NCBI GenBank assembly: GCA_902553845.1
Contig: CACDMG010000001.1
Span: 1 to 46,603, forward strand
Direction of reading: 5' to 3'
From: an uncultured Pelagibacteraceae bacterium
GTDB lineage: Bacteria; Pseudomonadota; Alphaproteobacteria; Pelagibacterales; Pelagibacteraceae
DNA: 46,603 nt
Part shown: in pieces, positions 8,662 through 17,861 of the stretch
Layout of the letters: the number at the start of each line of letters is the position of its first letter
Numbering within the stretch: position 1 is the stretch's first letter
Program-made: the position numbers and the translations under genes
The notes under the pieces: generated by a model
Database searches by the model: none
Told to the model about the DNA's origin: nothing
What the model saw: only the letters and a program-made list of their open reading frames with translations

Positions 8662-9036
8662 TTAATATAAAGTTTGAACTACTTTTTTTACTCTTTCAGC
8701 TCCATTGGGAATTGATGCCTCTATAAATGAATGACAATCTTCCGTTTTTGCTTTGTCATACTTAGAACCATAGTATTTATCTACAGCTTTGTTTACGCCC
8801 TCATCCCATTCTTTTTCAGAGATACCTACTTCTAGAGCGTATGTTTTCATAACTTTCACTGATGCCATAGACTTTTCCTTCATACTGTATTCAAATTGTT
8901 CGCCCGAAGGTAAGAAGTAGTTAGCCATGTAAATTCCACTGCACTCCCAGGCTTTTTTTTTATCACTGTTACTCATTCCTGCATGCGCAAGATTAAAAAT
9001 TAAAAAAGATAATATTATTAAAATATATTTTTTCAT
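8662..9036 (-). CDS. Hypothetical secreted helical protein
   Basis: Signal peptide MKKYILIILSFLIFNLAHA; two Cys (possible disulfide). Confidence 0.75.
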   Translation of the reverse strand: MKKYILIILSFLIFNLAHAGMSNSDKKKAWECSGIYMANYFLPSGEQFEYSMKEKSMASVKVMKTYALEVGISEKEWDEGVNKAVDKYYGSKYDKAKTEDCHSFIEASIPNGAERVKKVVQTLY

Positions 9037-9060
9037 ATGACCGTTATGTTAATTAATATT

Positions 9061-9089
9061 ATTCTAAAAATGTAACAGTTTTGTTACAT
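9061..9089 (-). promoter_or_regulatory. Perfect inverted repeat overlapping a putative sigma70 promoter of the small-gene array (operator, or weak terminator of cysK)
   Basis: ATGTAACA-GTTT-TGTTACAT at 9070-9089; minus strand reads ATGTAA-N17-TAGAAT. Confidence 0.5.
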
Positions 9090-9104
9090 GGCTGGTATGC
9101 GATA

Positions 9105-10106
9105 TTATAACCAGCTAGGTATAGGTAGGTTTTTTTCCCTTAAAAATGTTTTGTTAAACATCTTTGAGTTGTATTTATCTGATTTATCACAAAGGATTGT
9201 TACAATTGTTTTACCTGGACCAAGTTCTTTACCAAGTCTAATTGCTCCTGCAATATTTACTCCACAACTTGTTCCTAAACTTAATCCCTCGTTTTGAATT
9301 AGATCATAAAGTATTGGTAACGACTCTTGATCACTAATAGAAAAAGCCCCATCTATTTGTGCTTCAGCAAAATTTTTAGTTATTCTACTTGAGCCAATAC
9401 CTTCAGTAATTGATCCACCTTCTGATTTTAATTCTCCATTCACTATATGATTATATAGAGCTGAGCCAGTAGGGTCAGAAAGATAAATCTTAACATCTTT
9501 ATTTTTCTTTTTTAAATATTTACTAACACCACCAATTGTTCCTCCAGTACCAGATGCACAGATAAATCCATCTACTTTACCATCTGTTTGTTCCCAAATC
9601 TCGGGACCAGTAGTTTCGTAATGTCCTTTAGCATTAGCAGTATTATCAAATTGATTAGCCCAAACTACACCTTTGTTGTTTGTACTTTTTAATTCTTCAG
9701 CAAGCCTTCCAGCAACTTTAACGTAGTTTCCATCATCTTTATAAGGCTTGGGTGGCACTAATCTTAAATCAGCACCAATATTTTTTAATGTATCTTTCTT
9801 TTCTTGTGTTTGATTGTCATTCATTACAATTATAGTTTTATAACCAAGAGAATTTCCTAAAAGACATAATCCAATACCAGTATTTCCCGCAGTTCCTTCG
9901 ACCACAATACCACCCTCAGATATTAGTTTCTTTTCTTGTGCGTCTTTAATTAAAGCTAAGGCTGCTCTATCTTTTACTGAGCCACCTGGATTTAAATATT
10001 CAGCCTTACCATAAATATTACATCCAGTAATTTCTGATGCTGCTTTTAATTTTATTAGGGGAGTGTTTCCAATTGAATCTATAAAATTATTTTTAGTATT
10101 TTTCAT
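9105..10106 (-). CDS. cysK: Cysteine synthase (O-acetylserine sulfhydrylase)
   Basis: IGNTPL, NPGGSVKDR (PLP Lys), EGTAGNTG, GTGGT, EGIG. Confidence 0.92.
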   Translation of the reverse strand: MKNTKNNFIDSIGNTPLIKLKAASEITGCNIYGKAEYLNPGGSVKDRAALALIKDAQEKKLISEGGIVVEGTAGNTGIGLCLLGNSLGYKTIIVMNDNQTQEKKDTLKNIGADLRLVPPKPYKDDGNYVKVAGRLAEELKSTNNKGVVWANQFDNTANAKGHYETTGPEIWEQTDGKVDGFICASGTGGTIGGVSKYLKKKNKDVKIYLSDPTGSALYNHIVNGELKSEGGSITEGIGSSRITKNFAEAQIDGAFSISDQESLPILYDLIQNEGLSLGTSCGVNIAGAIRLGKELGPGKTIVTILCDKSDKYNSKMFNKTFLREKNLPIPSWL

Positions 10107-10675
10107 TATTCTTTATCTTCGTCTGTAACAGCATAAGGTTTAAATCCTTTAGTAGCATCTCCAACTCTTCGAGCTGGTATACCTGCCATTACTGATTTTT
10201 CAGGTACATTTTTTGTTACAACTGAGTTTGACCCAATTAATGAGTTTTTACCAATTGTGATTGGCCCTAGTATTTGGGCACCCGATCCAACAACAACATT
10301 ATCTTCCAAAGTTGGGTGTCTTTTCATATTTCTTTGATCATTTGAATTTATGCTTGGAGCAATTCCACCTAGTGTAACATTATGATAGATTGTAACATTA
10401 TTTCCAATTTCAGAAGTCTCACCAATTACAACACCCATACCATGGTCAATAAATAAATTTTTTCCAATTTTTGCTTTTGGATGAATTTCTATGCCAGTTA
10501 AAAATCTAGAAGTTTGTGAAATAATTCTTGCAACTAAATCGAATTTTGCAATAGCAAAAAAATTTGCAATCTTATAAAAAAAAATTGCCTTAACACCCGG
10601 GTAAGTTAAGATTAAACTTAACTTAGATTTTGCCGCAGGATCACGATCAATTATAGATTGCAAAAAATCATTCAT
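10106..10675 (-). CDS. cysE: Serine O-acetyltransferase
   Basis: RDPAA, TGIEIHP, FIDHGMGVVIGET, KRHP hexapeptide repeats. Confidence 0.95.
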   Translation of the reverse strand: MNDFLQSIIDRDPAAKSKLSLILTYPGVKAIFFYKIANFFAIAKFDLVARIISQTSRFLTGIEIHPKAKIGKNLFIDHGMGVVIGETSEIGNNVTIYHNVTLGGIAPSINSNDQRNMKRHPTLEDNVVVGSGAQILGPITIGKNSLIGSNSVVTKNVPEKSVMAGIPARRVGDATKGFKPYAVTDEDKE

Positions 10676-10758
10676 ATTTTTTTGAGTTTTCTAACAGTTG
10701 ATTAAAAAATGTATATACTTTATATAGTAATCAAATACGCAATTTAAAGAGGGTTGAA

Positions 10759-11169
10759 ATGTACAAAAATACAAATTGTTTTCACTTGGCTATTCCTTGT
10801 GGGGATTTAGAAACAGCTAAAAAGTTTTATAGTGAAGCTTTGGGCTGTAGACTTGATAATGCTGCTCAAGAGTGGGCAGATGTGGATTTTTGGGGAAATG
10901 AATTAACACTTCATGCAAGTGAGCACAAACTAGATAATGAGAGACATGATGTAGATATGGGGAATGTTTCTGTTCCTCACTTTGGGGTTCACTTATCTAG
11001 AAAAGACTTTGATGCTCTTAAACAAAGATTGAAAGATAATGGAACAAAATATTATGATGAGCCTTATTTAAGATTTAAAGGCACAAAATATGAACAGGAA
11101 ACTTTCTTTGTTAAAGATCCTAACGAAAATATTTTAGAGATTAAGACACTAACAGCCAACGCAGATTAA
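10759..11169 (+). CDS. VOC/glyoxalase family protein
   Basis: FHLAIP, VPHFGV, DP..N.LEIK metal-binding pattern. Confidence 0.88.
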   Translation: MYKNTNCFHLAIPCGDLETAKKFYSEALGCRLDNAAQEWADVDFWGNELTLHASEHKLDNERHDVDMGNVSVPHFGVHLSRKDFDALKQRLKDNGTKYYDEPYLRFKGTKYEQETFFVKDPNENILEIKTLTANAD

Positions 11170-11181
11170 TCTAAGCGTTGA

Positions 11182-11790
11182 ATGGAATACCTAATATTAG
11201 GGTTTTTCACTGGGTTAAGTTTAATTTTTGCTATAGGTGCACAAAATATTTTCGTAATTGAGCAAGGTTTAAAGAAACAACATGTTTTTTTAGTTTGTTT
11301 TGTATGTTCAATATCAGATTTAATATTAATTTTTTTAGGGATATTTCTTTTTCACTATTTTATTCAATACTTTAATCCAACAATTGAACTAACATTCAAT
11401 ATTCTTTTAATAATTTTCCTACTTCACTTTATTTATACAAAAATTAAATCTTTTAATCTTAAAGTAAATTTTAATAATGATATTCCAGATATTTCAAAAT
11501 TTAATATTTTTATTAAAACTCTTGGTTTTACATATTTAAATCCACATGTTTATTCAGATACAGTATTTTTCTTAGGCAACTTTTCAAAAAATTTAATTTT
11601 TAATCAAAAGATATTATTTGGAGTAGGGGCTTCAATTGCATCATTTGTTTTCTTTTTTTTAATAGGATATTTGTCCTCTTATTTATCTAAATATGCCCAA
11701 AGTTACAAAGTATGGAAAGTAATAAATATATTTATTATTAGCTTTATGAGTTTGCTTACAATTTATGTGCTAAAAGATATTATTAGTTAG
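11182..11790 (+). CDS. LysE/ArgO family amino-acid exporter
   Basis: AIGAQN.FV..QG and T.LNPHVY.DT motifs. Confidence 0.88.
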   Translation: MEYLILGFFTGLSLIFAIGAQNIFVIEQGLKKQHVFLVCFVCSISDLILIFLGIFLFHYFIQYFNPTIELTFNILLIIFLLHFIYTKIKSFNLKVNFNNDIPDISKFNIFIKTLGFTYLNPHVYSDTVFFLGNFSKNLIFNQKILFGVGASIASFVFFFLIGYLSSYLSKYAQSYKVWKVINIFIISFMSLLTIYVLKDIIS

Positions 11791-13069
11791 AGTAACCGTA
11801 TTTTTTTAATCTTACATCACCTGTTCTTGCATGAGCTTCCATACCTTCGTATCTAGATATTCTAGCTGCAGCAGCACCAACAAGTTCGGTAGACTCTTTC
11901 GTCATTCTTTGGAAACTTAAAGTTTTGATAAATTTTCCAACAAATAAACCGCCCGTATATCTTCCAGCACCTTTAGTTGGTAAAATATGATTTGTTCCAG
12001 AGCATTTATCTCCGTAAGCTACTGTTGTTTCTTCACCAACAAACAAAGAACCATAATTAGTTAATTTCTCATGGAACCATTTTAAATTTTCTGTTTGAAC
12101 TTCTAAGTGCTCAGGAGCATATTCATCACTGATTTTAACCATCTCTTCATCAGTATCACAAAGTATTACTTCTCCATAATCTCTCCATGCTGCATCAGCA
12201 TTTGTTCTTGGAACTTCAGGAAGTTCTGCAATTAATTCTGGAACTCTTTTCATTACTTTTTCAGCAAGCTCCTTACTTGTTGTGTACAGCCAACAAGGAG
12301 AGTTATAACCATGTTCAGCTTGACCAACTAAATCAACAGCTACTATTTCAGGGTCTGCTTTTGTATCAGCAATAATTCCGATTTCAGTTGGACCTGCAAA
12401 TAAATCAATACCAACTTTTCCAAATAGAATTCTTTTTGCTTCTGCCACAAATTGATTTCCTGGACCAACAATTATATCTGCCGGAGGATTTTTAAATAGT
12501 CCATTAGTCATAGCAGCAATAGCTGGAACACCACCTAAATTTAAGATTACATCAGCACCACAAAGATCAGCTGTATAAACTATAGTAGGATGAGCTCCCA
12601 CACCTTCTTTAGGAGGACTACAAGCAATAATATTTTTTACACCTGCAACTTTTGCTGTAGTGACACTCATCACAGCAGAAGCTATGTGAGCATATCTTCC
12701 ACCAGGTATATAGCATCCAGCTGTATTAACAGGGATTAATTTTTGACCAGCATATAAACCATCAGACAACTCGACTTCAAAGTCTTGACCATAATTTTTA
12801 AGTTGAGCTTCAGCAAACTTTCTAACTCTTTCATAAGAAAACTGAATATCATCTTTAGTTTTTTGATCTAAACCTTTTTTTATTTCTTCAATTCTTTCTT
12901 TTGATACAACAATCTCACCTTCATATTTGTCAAATTTTTTAGTTAGATCAATACATCCTTGTTCTCTAGTTTTTTCTATGTCTTTTAATAAATCCTGAAC
13001 AATACCAGTTGTTTTTGTGTCATCCGTTGATGATGTTTTGGGTGATTTTTTTAAATACGTGATTGCCAT
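11783..13069 (-). CDS. hpsN: Sulfopropanediol (DHPS) 3-dehydrogenase, histidinol dehydrogenase family
   Basis: MAITYLKK start, PGGRY.H.ASA, DL.GQAEHG, EHLE, YGDK.SGTNH.LPT are HpsN-type rather than HisD-type; sulfonate context. Confidence 0.85.
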   Translation of the reverse strand: MAITYLKKSPKTSSTDDTKTTGIVQDLLKDIEKTREQGCIDLTKKFDKYEGEIVVSKERIEEIKKGLDQKTKDDIQFSYERVRKFAEAQLKNYGQDFEVELSDGLYAGQKLIPVNTAGCYIPGGRYAHIASAVMSVTTAKVAGVKNIIACSPPKEGVGAHPTIVYTADLCGADVILNLGGVPAIAAMTNGLFKNPPADIIVGPGNQFVAEAKRILFGKVGIDLFAGPTEIGIIADTKADPEIVAVDLVGQAEHGYNSPCWLYTTSKELAEKVMKRVPELIAELPEVPRTNADAAWRDYGEVILCDTDEEMVKISDEYAPEHLEVQTENLKWFHEKLTNYGSLFVGEETTVAYGDKCSGTNHILPTKGAGRYTGGLFVGKFIKTLSFQRMTKESTELVGAAAARISRYEGMEAHARTGDVRLKKYGYSN

Positions 13070-13131
13070 TATATTCCTCTTTTTATTGATGAATTATTTA
13101 AGACAATTTTGATTTTATTGCAATCAAACAA

Positions 13132-14043
13132 TTAATCTAATGCAACAACTGCCGCTGCGATTGAAGCTAATCTTGCTTGTGCTTCATCAGATCGACTAGT
13201 AATTACAACTGGTACTTTACCACCAACAACTACACCAGCTGCACAAGCTCCACAAAAATAAATTAACATTTTGACTAACCCATTCCCTGTTTCTACACTT
13301 GGAACTAATAAAACGTCAGCCATTCCCGCTACATCATTCTTAATTCCTTTAATAGCAGAAGATTTTTTTGAAATACTATTATCAAATGCTAGTGGACCAA
13401 AAACATCAGCATTTAAATTTTCTTTTTTAGCTAATTTTGTAATTTCTTCAGCTTCTTTGGAACTTGGTACGCTATCTAAAACTTCTTCAGTAGCAGACAA
13501 CACAGCAATTTTAGGTCTTTCAATTCCAATTCTATTAGAAAAATTTATTACATTTTTTAAAATATGCATTTTAGTTTTTACATTAGGTAAAACATTTAGA
13601 GCACCATCAGTTATGATAAGCGGCTTGTCTTCTTTGTCTAAAGTCATATGCCAAATATGACTTAATCTAGTTTTTCCAAGTAAGTTGTATTCTCTTTTTA
13701 GAACTTCTTTCATTAAAACATCTGTATGAATATGCCCTTTAACAATAATTTTGATTTTTTCTTCACTAGCAAGCTTTGCAGCAATTGCTGCAGTATTATT
13801 TTCTGAAGGTTCATGAATAATTTCGTATTTTGAAATATCCCATTTTAAATTTTCAGCACATTTTAAAATCTCTTTTTCATCACCAATAAAAATTGGCTCT
13901 ATCAAGTTTTCAGTTACCGCATCTTGAACAGATAACATCGGCAAAGGTTTTCCAGCATTGACAATGCCTGCTTTGACACCTTTTTTCTTGTGAGCCACAT
14001 TAAGCAAATTATTAGGTACAACAATTTCTTTATTTGAAAGCAT
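13132..14043 (-). CDS. pta: Phosphate acetyl/butyryltransferase
   Basis: KG.IHTD, TDGALN..P, GPLAFDN, TSRSD. Confidence 0.8.
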   Translation of the reverse strand: MLSNKEIVVPNNLLNVAHKKKGVKAGIVNAGKPLPMLSVQDAVTENLIEPIFIGDEKEILKCAENLKWDISKYEIIHEPSENNTAAIAAKLASEEKIKIIVKGHIHTDVLMKEVLKREYNLLGKTRLSHIWHMTLDKEDKPLIITDGALNVLPNVKTKMHILKNVINFSNRIGIERPKIAVLSATEEVLDSVPSSKEAEEITKLAKKENLNADVFGPLAFDNSISKKSSAIKGIKNDVAGMADVLLVPSVETGNGLVKMLIYFCGACAAGVVVGGKVPVVITSRSDEAQARLASIAAAVVALD

Positions 14044-14045
14044 AT

Positions 14046-15050
14046 CTAATTTTTTAATAACTCTAAGTCTTTTTTAATTACTTCAGTTAATTTAATTTCT
14101 TTTTTTGAGTTTATTTGCAATCTTTTATATTTATTTTGACCAGGATATACAATTTCTTTTATTCCTTTGATTTTAGGTAATCTTTTAACTTTTTTAATAT
14201 TATCTTTAATTCTATTATTATAATTTTTGACAAATAAATTTGTTTTAAATGTGATAAATAAATGACCAATATTTTGTGGACCGGAAAAATCATCAAAAGG
14301 GTCTTTTACTCTTCCTGCATGATTTCCACCAGTAATAACACCACTTAAAATATCAACCATCCATGCTAAACCTGATCCTCTAAAACCTGCTATAGGTAGT
14401 TGTACTCCTTGAAGAGCTTTTTTAGGATCAGTTGTTATTTTACCAAATTTATCTAAAGCAACTCCGTCTGGTATTTTTTTATTATTCTTAGCTGCAAACC
14501 TAATCTTGCCTCTATTAATCATTGAGATAGATGTGTCTAAAATGAAAGGTACTTTTGAGCCAGTTGGAGTTCCAAAACAAATTGGATTAGTCCCAAATAA
14601 ACTTTTTAATGCACCATGAGGAGCAATAGCAGGTGGAGCGTTAGTATAAATCATTGTGATTAAATTTTTTTTAACAGCTTGTTCAGCGTAATAACCTGAC
14701 AATCCATAGTGACCACTATTTTTAACTGCCACCAAACCAATTCCAGTTTTTTTTGCATTTTGAATTGCTTTTTTTATAGCAATATCTGCTGCTACAAATC
14801 CAATGCTATTATCAGCGTCTACATGAGAAATTGATTGAGAAATCTTTTTAATTTTTATTTTAGGTTTAGGATTGATTACTTTTTTTGAAATTCGATCGCA
14901 ATACATCTTTAATCTTGTTAAACCGTGTCCGTATGCACCAACTAATTCTGCATTTATTACTGCATTGGCTGAAATTACTGCATGATCATTACTAAGACCA
15001 TGTTTTTTAAAAATTTTAACAATTTCTTTTCTAATATTTTTAGTTTTCAA
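14046..15050 (-). CDS. Ldh_2 family oxidoreductase (ComC-like sulfolactate/malate dehydrogenase)
   Basis: GHG..R, HYG, FGTNPI.F, PG near C-terminus; likely TTG start at 15050 after SD AAAGGA (ORF track start 15086 overlaps tauC). Confidence 0.8.
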   Translation of the reverse strand: MKTKNIRKEIVKIFKKHGLSNDHAVISANAVINAELVGAYGHGLTRLKMYCDRISKKVINPKPKIKIKKISQSISHVDADNSIGFVAADIAIKKAIQNAKKTGIGLVAVKNSGHYGLSGYYAEQAVKKNLITMIYTNAPPAIAPHGALKSLFGTNPICFGTPTGSKVPFILDTSISMINRGKIRFAAKNNKKIPDGVALDKFGKITTDPKKALQGVQLPIAGFRGSGLAWMVDILSGVITGGNHAGRVKDPFDDFSGPQNIGHLFITFKTNLFVKNYNNRIKDNIKKVKRLPKIKGIKEIVYPGQNKYKRLQINSKKEIKLTEVIKKDLELLKN

Positions 15051-15051
15051 A

Positions 15052-16977
15052 TTATCCTTTTCCACGCCAAGGAATTGTCTTATCAATTATTTTTCTTAAA
15101 GTTATGTCAAATAATAGGCCAAGCATTCCCATTATAAAAATAGTGATCCAAATAACTTCATATTGAAAATATTTTTTTGCGACATTTTCAACAAATCCAA
15201 TACCAGTGGTACCTGCTAAAAATTCAGCTGCAACCAAAGTTCCCCAGCACATTCCAACTGCAACTCTTATTCCTGTTAATATTTCAGGTAAAGAATTAGG
15301 GAAAATTACATATCTTAATATTTGTTTTTTTGAGGCGCCCAATGAGTGAGCTGCATGAATTTTTGAAAGTTGAGTACCAGAAGCACCAGCTCTAGCTGAA
15401 ATTATCATTATAGAAAGTGAAACCATAAATAACAAAAATACTTTTCCAGTATTATCTATACCTAATACTGAAATGATTAATGGTGCCCAAGCCAAAGGAG
15501 GAACAGGTCTATATAGTTCAATTAGAGGATCAAAAAAACCTTTTGCAAATCTATTTAATCCCATAAACAATCCTAATGGAACACCTATAAGTATTCCAAA
15601 AACTAATCCTAAGAATACTCTCATAAAAGAATCCCAAATGTGTCCATGAGGAACAGGTATTTTAAATAAATTAAAATCACCTGTAGCAACTTTGAGAACA
15701 GTGCTTTTAAAATTTTGTTTTACTATTCCGTCTTTAGTATGAACAGGGTATTCTCCTGGTAGAAAATCTGCTATCCAATCTGGAATAATAAAACCTATTA
15801 AACCACTTAAGTCTACCATTTTTATCCAAAGAAGAGGGATATCTTTATAACCAACACTTGGTTTTGACATGAGTATAAATTTATTAAAAGTATCAGATGG
15901 TTTTGGAAGCCATCTTCCTGACCCTTGTTCTGAACAACTTGGTCCACTAGCAATAATTGTCCCAGCAGGAAATAATAAGATATCTATAAACCTTAAGCCA
16001 CCTTGAGCTTGTAATTGTGCATTATCAAATTTAACAATAGCATTTTGCATTTTGTTTAATGCATTTGGTGGGTATATACTTGCAAATTCTATTCTTCTTG
16101 CAATTTTGACAATATTTTTAGCATAAGTTGATGTCACTTCTTCACTATCATTTAATCCCTTTCTAAAAGCTTTAATTTCATCTTTAATTTCTTTTATTTT
16201 ATTTTTAAATTGTGGATTGTGGTTTCGTAATTTAAAAAAATCATCGCTTATAGAATTTAACTCTTTAGCTGCTGCATGAAATTTTAAACCTCTATCAGTC
16301 GCTGGTATTAATGGTACCTCTAGTGTATTTTCAATACTTCCTGAACCAGCATTTATTTTTGTAATCCCCCAACCGCCCTCTTCCTCAACAGCTTTAAGTC
16401 TATCGTTGAGCTCTTGTTCAGTTTCAAATGGGTAATCTGGTTTTTGAAAATTTTCTGTTAAGATATTAATTCTTCCTGTTATATCACTAATTTTTTGCTT
16501 AGTTTCATTTTCAAGTAAATCATCATTAGTTAATAGTGGTATTAGTTGATCAGTCTTATTTATGAAATTAATAAGAATTGTTTTGTATTGATCATTGATC
16601 GTATCAGAATTTTGAATTTCAATTGTGATTTTCTTGAGATTTTTATTTTCTTTTTTTATTTGGGAAGTACTTTTTAACTCTCTTTCTTCTATTGGAAATT
16701 GATATTTTAATCCAAGTAATGAGTCATTTACTTTTCCTACCTGACAAAGTTCATTTGCTGATTTTGGATAAAAACCCTTTGCGATATCCCAAGAATAATA
16801 AAGCCATATTAACAAAAGAAAACTACTTCCAACAATAACCCAATGAGTACCACCTAGTGCTCTCTCAGGATTTCCAAAAACTGCATCAACTTTCTCAGTT
16901 TTTATTAACCGTCTACCATAAAGAATGCATCCAACAATAGAAAAAAAAATTAAAAAAGTGACTATTTGTGTTAACAT
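15052..16977 (-). CDS. tauC: Taurine/sulfonate ABC permease with a large N-terminal extension
   Basis: C-terminal ~200 aa: RPVPPLAW, AA.SLGA, LPEILTG.RVA.G..WGTLVAAE; ~440-aa N-terminal extra region. Confidence 0.85.
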   Translation of the reverse strand: MLTQIVTFLIFFSIVGCILYGRRLIKTEKVDAVFGNPERALGGTHWVIVGSSFLLLIWLYYSWDIAKGFYPKSANELCQVGKVNDSLLGLKYQFPIEERELKSTSQIKKENKNLKKITIEIQNSDTINDQYKTILINFINKTDQLIPLLTNDDLLENETKQKISDITGRINILTENFQKPDYPFETEQELNDRLKAVEEEGGWGITKINAGSGSIENTLEVPLIPATDRGLKFHAAAKELNSISDDFFKLRNHNPQFKNKIKEIKDEIKAFRKGLNDSEEVTSTYAKNIVKIARRIEFASIYPPNALNKMQNAIVKFDNAQLQAQGGLRFIDILLFPAGTIIASGPSCSEQGSGRWLPKPSDTFNKFILMSKPSVGYKDIPLLWIKMVDLSGLIGFIIPDWIADFLPGEYPVHTKDGIVKQNFKSTVLKVATGDFNLFKIPVPHGHIWDSFMRVFLGLVFGILIGVPLGLFMGLNRFAKGFFDPLIELYRPVPPLAWAPLIISVLGIDNTGKVFLLFMVSLSIMIISARAGASGTQLSKIHAAHSLGASKKQILRYVIFPNSLPEILTGIRVAVGMCWGTLVAAEFLAGTTGIGFVENVAKKYFQYEVIWITIFIMGMLGLLFDITLRKIIDKTIPWRGKG

Positions 16978-17775
16978 TTATATTTCTTTCCCCATGATTT
17001 CTTCTTCCATATTCCAAATCATTTCTAATATTTCTTCACGTTTTTCAGCAAAATCTTTATTTTTTTTAATTTCTCTTAAGTCTTCTTTTAATCCCATAGA
17101 AGCAAAGGGAAGATTATATTCTTTGTGTATTCGTCCTGGTCGAGGAGCCATTACATAGAGTCTTTCACCAAGTAATAAAGCTTCTTCAACTGAGTGAGTT
17201 ATTAAAATAATTGTTTTTCCAGTTTCTTTCCAAATTTTTAAAATTAAAGATTGCATTTTTTCTCTTGTTAAAGCATCAAGAGCTCCCAAAGGTTCGTCCA
17301 TTAGAATTAAATCTGGATCATTAATTAAACATCTTGCTAGAGCAACTCTTTGTTGCATACCACCTGATAATTGATAAGTTGGTGTATTGCCAAATCCTTT
17401 CAATCCAACAATATCTAACCATTCTTCAACTTTTTTTTGAGTTTCAACCGGATCTTTTTTTTTCATTCTTAATCCAAAGTTCACATTTTCTGTTACTGTT
17501 AGCCATTCAAATAAAGCACCTTGTTGAAAGACCATGCCTCTTTCAACACCAGGGCCATCAATTTCATAATTATTTAAAGTGATACTTCCAGAAGTTGGTC
17601 TAATAAACCCAGCAGTGATGTTTAATAAAGTTGTTTTACCACAACCTGATGGTCCGAGAACTGTTAATAGTTCTCCTTTTTTAAGTGTAAAATTTAGATC
17701 TTTTAATGCATGAACTGTTTCTCCTTTAGGAGTTTTAAAAATCATATTTAGATTTTGAGAAACTAAATCACTCAT
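16978..17775 (-). CDS. tauB: Taurine ABC transporter ATP-binding protein
   Basis: GPSGCGKT, LSGGMQQR, LMDEPLGALDALTRE, APRPGRI. Confidence 0.92.
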   Translation of the reverse strand: MSDLVSQNLNMIFKTPKGETVHALKDLNFTLKKGELLTVLGPSGCGKTTLLNITAGFIRPTSGSITLNNYEIDGPGVERGMVFQQGALFEWLTVTENVNFGLRMKKKDPVETQKKVEEWLDIVGLKGFGNTPTYQLSGGMQQRVALARCLINDPDLILMDEPLGALDALTREKMQSLILKIWKETGKTIILITHSVEEALLLGERLYVMAPRPGRIHKEYNLPFASMGLKEDLREIKKNKDFAEKREEILEMIWNMEEEIMGKEI

Positions 17776-17801
17776 AAATAACTTTATAATAAAATTTTAT
17801 T

Positions 17802-17839
17802 AAAAAAATAGGCACCAATTTATTCAATTGGCGCCTATT
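17802..17839 (-). terminator. Intrinsic terminator between tauA and tauB
   Basis: Minus strand AATAGGCGCCAATT-GAATA-AATTGGTGCCTATT then T-run; one G.U pair valid only on the minus strand. Confidence 0.8.
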
Positions 17840-17861
17840 AATTTTTTTTTTCTCTATAAAA

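Noticed and set aside
11783-13069. Calling this gene hisD
   Set aside because: Motifs (GQAEHG, YGDK.SG.NH) and sulfonate context fit HpsN better.
13108-13128. TTTGATT-N7-AATCAAA upstream of hpsN as an FNR box
   Set aside because: Spacing is wrong for FNR (TTGAT-N4-ATCAA) and the sequence is AT-rich enough to be chance.
15051-15086. 35-bp overlap between tauC and the Ldh_2 gene
   Set aside because: A TTG at 15050 with SD AAAGGA removes the overlap.
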